Part shown: positions 25,822-31,599 of the stretch, in pieces
Position numbering within the stretch: position 1 is the first letter of the stretch
Layout: each line of letters starts with the position of its first letter
Origin: a virus
Taxonomy: Duplodnaviria; Caudoviricetes
Direction: 5' to 3' (one strand)
Virus record (IMG/VR): IMGVR_UViG_3300025751_001878
Location: 1-31,599 of that record
Length of the DNA stretch: 31,599 nt
Program-made: the position numbers and the translations under genes
Notes under the pieces: model-generated
What the model saw: the letters and a program-made list of their open reading frames with translations, nothing else
The model's database searches: none
Told to the model about the DNA's origin: nothing

Positions 25822-25828
25822 CTTTTTT

Positions 25829-26293
25829 TTAGAATCCTTGATGCGTTACTGGTTTCTTAATTACTTTAGGTCCAGTATCAGCAGTTTGCATTTTCCACTG
25901 ATACTCTGCTCTAGAATTTTGAATAAACTGTCCACGTAGATTAGTACCACCTGCACGTTTAAGTGTGTTGCCTACGTGTTGCATCTGTTCTTTGTTTTCT
26001 TCTGTATAAGGAGCAGCATATAGTTTTGCCATCTCCTCACCATCAAGTTTAATTACTAAGTAGATCCAAGGCTTACCTACTTTAAGAGAAATCAGTGTTA
26101 CATCTTCGCCTGTAGGTATATCGTACAACGGCATACCTTTGTACAGATTAGTAATGTAATACATGTAGAAGCTAGTAAACACAAATAACGGCACTAGAAA
26201 AAATGTCAATAGTTTGTGTTTACGTGATATAATAATTGCATATAAACAAAATATAATTGTTATTACGCAGAGTGCTACTCCGATCTCAGTCAT
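25829..26293 (-). CDS. Membrane protein (2 TM plus soluble domain), third gene of the MotA/ExbB-like module
   Basis: Two N-terminal hydrophobic helices; ATGA-coupled. Confidence 0.7.
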   Translation of the reverse strand: MTEIGVALCVITIIFCLYAIIISRKHKLLTFFLVPLFVFTSFYMYYITNLYKGMPLYDIPTGEDVTLISLKVGKPWIYLVIKLDGEEMAKLYAAPYTEENKEQMQHVGNTLKRAGGTNLRGQFIQNSRAEYQWKMQTADTGPKVIKKPVTHQGF

Positions 26294-26961
26294 GGCTGCT
26301 CTCCTTCTATTAAATTTGTGTTTCCGGGCGGGCCAGGTGAATTCTCTAGTTGTGCATTACTACCAACTGGTACTGTTAGTACATCACTAGTGAATATATT
26401 TGTTATTTCACCTTTTTCATTGACTGTAAATGCTGGCATCATTTCAATTTGTCCTTTTGTACCCATTTCAACAGTAAGAACATAATGTTCAATGTAAGGA
26501 TTTACATCTGCTAAAGTCACAGTAACAGTTACAGGACTATCTGATGATGAATAGTTGTTGTATAGATGTAAATTAATAAAGTAGTCACCAGGTACAATAC
26601 CTCTTACAGTAACAACCTCTCTATTACTTTTGTTTAGTACAACCTCACCATTAACAATTCTACTATCATTAGGATTACCTAAATCATCTCTATCTAAATG
26701 TAGTAAGTGATTTTCTCTTCTTCGAAACCCAACCGCATCTCTATCGTCTGGACCTCGTACCCATGTATCGACATCAACATTTATGTCCCACGGCCATTCG
26801 ACTATGATCATAAATTCTGCTTTCGTAGGTATATCGTTTTTCTTGGTAATTGGATTGATCATTAACAAGGCAATTACAAATAGTACTACAAATCCTAGCA
26901 GTACATTAAACAGCAGATCTAAAAATGCTGTATTACTCGTATATCGTTTGCTTCGCATCAC
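26290..26961 (-). CDS. MotB/ExbD-like single-TM protein with a YfaP-like soluble domain
   Basis: Basic N-terminus, AFLDLLFN..TM with an intramembrane Asp, then W...DVDTWVRGP, LDRDD, NREVV, PGDYFINLHLY. Confidence 0.65.
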   Translation of the reverse strand: MMRSKRYTSNTAFLDLLFNVLLGFVVLFVIALLMINPITKKNDIPTKAEFMIIVEWPWDINVDVDTWVRGPDDRDAVGFRRRENHLLHLDRDDLGNPNDSRIVNGEVVLNKSNREVVTVRGIVPGDYFINLHLYNNYSSSDSPVTVTVTLADVNPYIEHYVLTVEMGTKGQIEMMPAFTVNEKGEITNIFTSDVLTVPVGSNAQLENSPGPPGNTNLIEGEQP

Positions 26962-27389
26962 GCATCCTGGTTCACCAATTGTAGTTTAATTGCCAAACTA
27001 CCTAGCAGTCCTGCTAGAGTCGTTAATAGTGCGGTGCTCATACCAGTTGCCATGTTGCTTATCGCATCCTTCATGGATTCGATGTTCGATGGATCTAAGT
27101 TATTAAATGTCGCTACTAGCATAAAGATAAATCCCGTGACAGTTCCGATCATACCTAGGCTCATTTTGCTGTCTGCAATGAACCAATAAGCATCAGTAGA
27201 CTCTTTACCCCAATAGGTGTTGTAACCAGTTCCAAGGCTGGTAAGAAAAAAGAGTGCTAAAATACCAGAACTGATATAGGTTATATCGTTATCCCAAAAG
27301 AAAAGGTGCGCCTCGTAATAGTAAGCCACACCTAATAGCGCACATTGGATAACAAAAATTAACCACCATATCATAAATTTTCTGTTCAT
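26958..27389 (-). CDS. MotA/TolQ/ExbB proton-channel family protein
   Basis: LGMIGTVTGFI...GMSTALLTTLAGL signature; TATAAATA at 27394-27401. Confidence 0.85.
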   Translation of the reverse strand: MNRKFMIWWLIFVIQCALLGVAYYYEAHLFFWDNDITYISSGILALFFLTSLGTGYNTYWGKESTDAYWFIADSKMSLGMIGTVTGFIFMLVATFNNLDPSNIESMKDAISNMATGMSTALLTTLAGLLGSLAIKLQLVNQDA

Positions 27390-27442
27390 GCTTTATTTAT
27401 ATAAAATACGCACTTAATTCTACGTTGTTGGTTAAAGTTGTA

Positions 27443-28414
27443 TTACAATCCGTTTGGTACAATAATATAATGTATCATCAAAACTAATGCGACACTTGCG
27501 CCTAGTCCTACCATCATCTTACCAAAGTCTTTTGCCACTAGTGGAAACACTGATTTGGTTTTCTTCTTACCAAAGTATGTTGCCATAGCCAACTCACGTC
27601 CTGCTAACAAGCCTACGAACACCCAAGTTGTACTCATAGGAATATCGTTCAACTCTTTGAAGAAGTACAAGCATAACCAATAGAACAAGTCAATCAATGT
27701 TGCACTACGCACATATCTTGTGTTGTGTTTCTCCAATACAATCTGTTGGATCTTGCCGCCACGTTCTTTAAACATAAAGAACAGGCCGCCTACAAACACT
27801 GCGCTGACTAGGAACATTAGGTCCAGCGGAACTTCACGTGGAAGGAACACTGCTATGTTTGCCATATCATGTGACAACCAAGTCCACCACAAGCCGCCTG
27901 TGGCTACCCACTGTGCGATGCGCCAGAACTTCTTATTACTTTCAGTAACAGGAGCAGTTTCATCATACCACCTGCCAAAGTATTTGTGTATCGCAAACCA
28001 TACTACATATGCAAAGCCTGCTGCAACACCGTAGCCCATGATTGATTTCATCAGCATCTTCTCAAGCACAAAGGTACTTGCGAACACTGACAGCACTAAG
28101 AAACTTGTGCTAACTGGCACACCCATCCTTGTAAGTGCTACAAGAATAGCAGGTGCGGCTGCGTGATACCATTGTACCTCTTGCCATGGAATCTTATTAA
28201 GTCTACCGTAACTGATGTCTCCACCATTTACACTCCAGCCATACCATAATGTAGCCAATAGGACAGCAGATGCCGCAATCCATAATGTTTTGTAATTGAA
28301 TCTCTCATTGTTTGATGCCATCCATGTACCGAGAGTCTGTACTGAATCGTTTGCTATAACTGCATAGGCAGCTAATAAGAAGCCGATGAGGCTCCATACT
28401 GTAAGTAGTTCCAT
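27443..28414 (-). CDS. PiT/PHO4-like inorganic phosphate (anion) transporter, divergent
   Basis: Polytopic membrane protein with duplicated motifs IANDSVQ..PVSTS and SHDMAN..PMSTT. Start at 28414 after SD AAGGAG; TTGACC-N17-TAATGT at 28466-28494. Confidence 0.65.
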   Translation of the reverse strand: MELLTVWSLIGFLLAAYAVIANDSVQTLGTWMASNNERFNYKTLWIAASAVLLATLWYGWSVNGGDISYGRLNKIPWQEVQWYHAAAPAILVALTRMGVPVSTSFLVLSVFASTFVLEKMLMKSIMGYGVAAGFAYVVWFAIHKYFGRWYDETAPVTESNKKFWRIAQWVATGGLWWTWLSHDMANIAVFLPREVPLDLMFLVSAVFVGGLFFMFKERGGKIQQIVLEKHNTRYVRSATLIDLFYWLCLYFFKELNDIPMSTTWVFVGLLAGRELAMATYFGKKKTKSVFPLVAKDFGKMMVGLGASVALVLMIHYIIVPNGL

Positions 28415-28553
28415 TATTTTCTCCTTTACGCTTGACGGCTTTACCCCGTCTCTCACGATGTAATTACATTACACGGTTACTTATAAATGGTCAAGAAAAA
28501 AGACGTATAATAATTAAATTATACGCCTTTAAGGTCTGTGTATATCTAAGACA

Positions 28554-28802
28554 CTACTTTCCTTTTGAGTCAGTACCTCTATTCCAGATTACATACAATA
28601 CCCAGATAGCAATCAAGCCCATTAGGCCTTCTGCACCTAGTGTACCAAGCATGCCACTGACATTTCCAATTACGCTTGTTTCTGGAAAGAACGGAATGCT
28701 GCCTAAGCCTAATACTTCTGCAACAATCATAAGAGCAGCGATACTTACGCCTACTTCTGCAAGAGCGGCTGCCCACCCTTTTACTGTTTTAATAATATCC
28801 AT
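28554..28802 (-). CDS. Small two-helix membrane protein
   Basis: Start MDIIKTV after AAGGAG; TTGACA-N17-TAAAAT at 28826-28854. Confidence 0.7.
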   Translation of the reverse strand: MDIIKTVKGWAAALAEVGVSIAALMIVAEVLGLGSIPFFPETSVIGNVSGMLGTLGAEGLMGLIAIWVLYVIWNRGTDSKGK

Positions 28803-28868
28803 GATATTCTCCTTTTCGTGCTTATATTTTATACTCATTGCACAAAAATGTCAACCTTTTTTGGACTC

Positions 28869-28955
28869 ATGCACTAACCGCATAACGTCTTTGCAGTATT
28901 AACATGCAAAAACCGTTGATTTTGGCACCTTAATGCGCTATATTGTATATAAATA
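28869..28955 (+). promoter_or_regulatory. Control region of the small-protein operon: ATGC-N7-GCAT dyad, TTGATT-N17-TATATT promoter and TATAAATA
   Basis: Dyad 28869-28883, degenerate second site 28891-28905, -35 at 28916, -10 at 28939, late box 28948-28955. Confidence 0.55.
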
Positions 28956-29091
28956 GATATGTTGCAATGCAGCATTTATTTTATACACTTGGAAAGACAA
29001 GTCCGCGGCATCAGCGGGTTACAAGCGATTGAAGGCGGCAAAGAACCGCGGTATTGCTATTCCTCAAGCATCCATAACAAAGGAGACAGAA

Positions 29092-29250
29092 ATGTTAAAA
29101 TTTTTATCGTCGTTGTTTGGATCAAAAGCCAAACTCGACAACGACTATCGATTATACGCTAAAACAGAATACGGATCAGATTGGCAGTATGCCTATGACG
29201 AACTGCGCAGAACAGGTACAGCACCTTTTATCAGAGGAGTTTACAGATGA
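29092..29250 (+). CDS. 52-aa hypothetical protein (MLKFLSSLFGS...YAKTEY)
   Basis: ATG 29092 follows SD AAGGAG; ATGA-coupled to the next gene. Confidence 0.7.
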   Translation: MLKFLSSLFGSKAKLDNDYRLYAKTEYGSDWQYAYDELRRTGTAPFIRGVYR

Positions 29251-29435
29251 ACTTCTTAGTAGATGCAATTACATCTTGGATGTGGAGTAAGCCCTCCATA
29301 TCTCATTCACAAGAATACAAATATCTTAGTGAAGCAAATGATCTTGCAGATGTTGAAAGAAGGCAACGCAAACTGCAAAGAGGCGAAGCACCATTTCAAG
29401 TAAAGGCCAATAACAATTTGAAAGGATGGGTCTAG
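29247..29435 (+). CDS. DUF3563-like small protein
   Basis: EYKYLSEANDLADVERRQRKL motif. Confidence 0.65.
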   Translation: MNFLVDAITSWMWSKPSISHSQEYKYLSEANDLADVERRQRKLQRGEAPFQVKANNNLKGWV

Positions 29436-29608
29436 TGACCGCAGCAGCAATACATACACCAAACACACATATACCATTTTTAAAAAGATTCGTAAAAGGA
29501 TTTTTAAGATACACAGAGACAGTCGGCAGAGCAAGAGCTGCCGCTGAACTAACACGTCAAGGTTACCATGAAGAAGCTAAAAGACTAATGTTAGGAAAAG
29601 GCTTATGA
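29435..29608 (+). CDS. Small hypothetical protein (GTG start likely; alternative ATG 29426)
   Basis: GRARAAAELTRQGYHEEAKRLM motif; AAAGGA lies at SD distance from GTG 29435. Confidence 0.65.
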   Translation: MTAAAIHTPNTHIPFLKRFVKGFLRYTETVGRARAAAELTRQGYHEEAKRLMLGKGL

Positions 29609-29832
29609 ACGCACAAGTCAAAGTTAATCCAGAAACAACACCAATATGGCACTTTGTAAAAGGTTTATATAAAAATATAAGAGATATACTTACGCCGAAA
29701 ATGGATTATTCGGTTTACAGAGAACTTTCGAGACTGACAGACAAAGATTTGTCTGACATGGGCATTTGCCGTGGCGATATAAGACATATCGCTCGAGGTG
29801 AAGCACCACCAAGAGACGGATGGAGACACTAA
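29605..29832 (+). CDS. DUF1127 (YjiS-like) small protein
   Basis: YRELSRLTDKDLSDMGICRGDI signature. Confidence 0.85.
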   Translation: MNAQVKVNPETTPIWHFVKGLYKNIRDILTPKMDYSVYRELSRLTDKDLSDMGICRGDIRHIARGEAPPRDGWRH

Positions 29833-29902
29833 GGTAAGTTACAGTTTGATTGCAAGTTTAAATATTAAAGTATAGTTTTATAAATACTCAAAGGAGTGTG
29901 CT

Positions 29903-30703
29903 ATGAAACTAATACAACCTATCTTTATAAATCAAACTGAAACAAAAAATACTGGCTTAGGTAGTGCTAATAAAAGTTACTCACTATCCGATGCAGTAGA
30001 AAGAATAAAGCTCGATACTGAACATAAGGTGTCGAGCTTTCTCTTATTCTTAGTACCTAATCAAAAGACTTGGAAGCCTGATTGGCTTTGGCATAACTTT
30101 GTAATGCATACTCTAAAAGACGAGTTTCCTGATACAGAATTTTACGTTGATACTTGCATGTGTAGCACCTTGCCTGATGGACATTGCTGTATACTAAAGG
30201 ACAGAGAACTCAGTGAAGAAACATTACAATCGCTTGTAAGAGTAATAGAAGCAAACGGACACAAGATGGCACATTCAGATATGGGTCCTAACACTGCAAT
30301 CAATGCTCGTATAGAATTTCCAGAACTAGAAATAATGAGCTACGTTAAATGGCGCAGTGTGATGTATGAAGGCTTTAGAGATACGGCTAATAGTACACCC
30401 AGTTCAATTAGATCCTATCAAGTAGAAGTAGAGGATGATGACGGATTTATTAGTATGGCTAACAAATATATCAAAAGCGATTGCAACAGTTTACTACTTA
30501 AACCTGGCATAACAAGTGTTGACATGCTACACCATTTTAGACGAACATCATATCTGCCTATTGGAGGTTATCAAGTATCGGGCGAATGGTTACCTATCAA
30601 GGATCAAGTTGCATCTATACAAGAACAATACAGAGTATATAAACGTAGTGGATATGACTTTATGGTCACATACGGTGCAAGGATGGCCAATATCCTAAAA
30701 TAG
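29903..30703 (+). CDS. hemB: Divergent porphobilinogen synthase (ALA dehydratase)-like protein
   Basis: DTCMCSTLPDGHC (Zn Cys triad), HSDM, IMSYVK..MYEGFRD, RSYQ, LLKPG, YQVSGE, MVTYGA; SD AAGGAG; TATAAATA at 29879-29886. Confidence 0.8.
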   Translation: MKLIQPIFINQTETKNTGLGSANKSYSLSDAVERIKLDTEHKVSSFLLFLVPNQKTWKPDWLWHNFVMHTLKDEFPDTEFYVDTCMCSTLPDGHCCILKDRELSEETLQSLVRVIEANGHKMAHSDMGPNTAINARIEFPELEIMSYVKWRSVMYEGFRDTANSTPSSIRSYQVEVEDDDGFISMANKYIKSDCNSLLLKPGITSVDMLHHFRRTSYLPIGGYQVSGEWLPIKDQVASIQEQYRVYKRSGYDFMVTYGARMANILK

Positions 30704-30707
30704 TTGG

Positions 30708-30736
30708 TTGACATTTAATAAATAGAGTGCTATATT
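30708..30736 (+). promoter_or_regulatory. sigma70-like promoter with a late-type AATAAATA in its spacer
   Basis: TTGACA-N17-TATATT. Confidence 0.7.
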
Positions 30737-30776
30737 AATAGATGTGATATAGCCGATCACACATACACACAGGAGA

Positions 30777-31073
30777 ATGAATATGAACGACTTTCAAAAA
30801 AACTTTGAGCAATTTGCCGACATGATGAAAAGCTCGATGCCAACTGTAAAGCCAAACAAAAACGGATATGAAATCCGTACAAAGGTCTTGGAATTTGCAC
30901 AGAACAATGCTTGGCAGGATTATTATGCTAAGTGGGGACAGTTTGAAACATCTGTTAAAAAAGAACATGATGAAATCGTAACAAAAGTAGAGATGCCTAC
31001 TGTGCCGGGAGCCGACGCTGTTCTTGACACTGCCCAAAAGTTTTATGAGTTTGTAAGTGGTAATAAGAAATAA
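30777..31073 (+). CDS. Conserved phage hypothetical protein
   Basis: KNGYEIRTKVLEFA...AQKFYEFVS; SD AGGAG. Confidence 0.75.
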   Translation: MNMNDFQKNFEQFADMMKSSMPTVKPNKNGYEIRTKVLEFAQNNAWQDYYAKWGQFETSVKKEHDEIVTKVEMPTVPGADAVLDTAQKFYEFVSGNKK

Positions 31074-31138
31074 ATATGATTAGTAAAACATAAAAGTACA
31101 TTCAAGGCATAGCCTTTAGACAAGTAATAACATTAAGC

Positions 31139-31168
31139 AGCCCCTAGTTATTAATTTAGCTAGGGGTT
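31139..31168. terminator. Hairpin between convergent genes, probable bidirectional terminator
   Basis: AGCCCCTAGTTA-TTAATT-TAGCTAGGGGTT. Confidence 0.65.
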
Positions 31169-31175
31169 AATCGTT

Positions 31176-31598
31176 TTATGGAACGCCTGCTGTATTATCT
31201 ACTAGTAGGATATCAAACGTACAAGTATAACGTCCGTTGTTTGACTGTGTGTGCATCCTTGCATCAATGTCTGTCTTCTCTGAGAACGATTGTGGAATAG
31301 GATATTCCAACTGATATGGTCCGCCCACACCATTAACTTCAGCAACGTGTTTGAGTTGAAAACTACCTTCACCGCCTGGACGAGCAAACAGTTTGAAACT
31401 GCCTGTTGCTGTGCCCTGTGCTGTAACATCAAGACGCATCAAATAACCTGTGAAGCCTGCGGGTATGGTATATACACTCATCAGTGTTTGTCCCAAGTCT
31501 TCAAGTATCTTTGCCACTGTGGTTCCACCTGACTGGATTAGTATTCTTTTTGTGTTTGGATCAAAACTTCCACCATTTGTAAATCGTGCTCTAAACAC
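31176..31598 (-). CDS. C-terminal part of a beta-rich hypothetical, possibly virion, protein; 5'-truncated
   Basis: Open to the window edge; YTIPAGFTGYL...EKTDIDAR...FDILLV. Confidence 0.7.
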   Translation of the reverse strand: MFRARFTNGGSFDPNTKRILIQSGGTTVAKILEDLGQTLMSVYTIPAGFTGYLMRLDVTAQGTATGSFKLFARPGGEGSFQLKHVAEVNGVGGPYQLEYPIPQSFSEKTDIDARMHTQSNNGRYTCTFDILLVDNTAGVP

Positions 31599-31599
31599 T

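Noticed and set aside
25829-27389. Zorya defence system or flagellar stator
   Set aside because: No long ZorA tail, no OmpA-like domain in the partner, and no zorC/D/E or flagellar genes.
3362-28902. Many antisense or alternate-frame ORFs in the track (for example 3714-4151, 5842-6111, 14567-14914, 19675-20295, 28432-28902)
   Set aside because: They shadow well-supported genes, lack RBSs and have atypical composition.
1-31599. Alternative genetic code (stop recoding)
   Set aside because: Conserved genes are full length in code 11, and TAA, TAG and TGA all end genes.
1-31599. Bacterial chromosome origin
   Set aside because: Housekeeping-like genes are isolated among phage-type ORFs and TAAATA late boxes, with no bacterial operon context.

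Overview
A 31.6-kb, AT-rich, densely coded segment of a large T4-like (jumbo-type) dsDNA phage genome. Most genes lie on the minus strand, with a short plus-strand block at about 29.0-31.1 kb. Several signals point to a marine alphaproteobacterial host, possibly Rhodobacterales (inference): a circularly permuted two-piece tmRNA with a GGCGGUA T-loop and an ANDN- tag, a ROSE-type thermometer on an IbpA-like hsp20, DUF1127/DUF3563-type small proteins, a porin and a PcyX-like bilin reductase. The window holds host-takeover genes (pcyX-like, clpS, hsp20, guaC, rpsU/bS21, tmRNA, porin, PiT-like transporter, divergent hemB), nucleotide metabolism (nrdA, nrdB, glutaredoxin), nucleases and a SleB-like wall hydrolase. 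It also holds a beta-helix tail-spike-like protein, a block of probable head-associated proteins sharing a short N-terminal tag, and a MotA/ExbB-type three-gene membrane module. Two promoter classes are readable: sigma70-like TTGACA-N16/17-TAnnnT and T4-late-like nnTAAATA. Best leads are the permuted tmRNA with a 20-aa tag, tagged putative capsid cargo including nucleotidyltransferase- and nuclease-like proteins, a candidate -1 frameshift at A-AAA-AAG, the HemB/PcyX pair, LysR-type boxes ahead of the porin and DUF1127 operons, and a hairpin that could hide an early gene's RBS on read-through mRNA. All calls come from motif recognition by eye; no database search was run.
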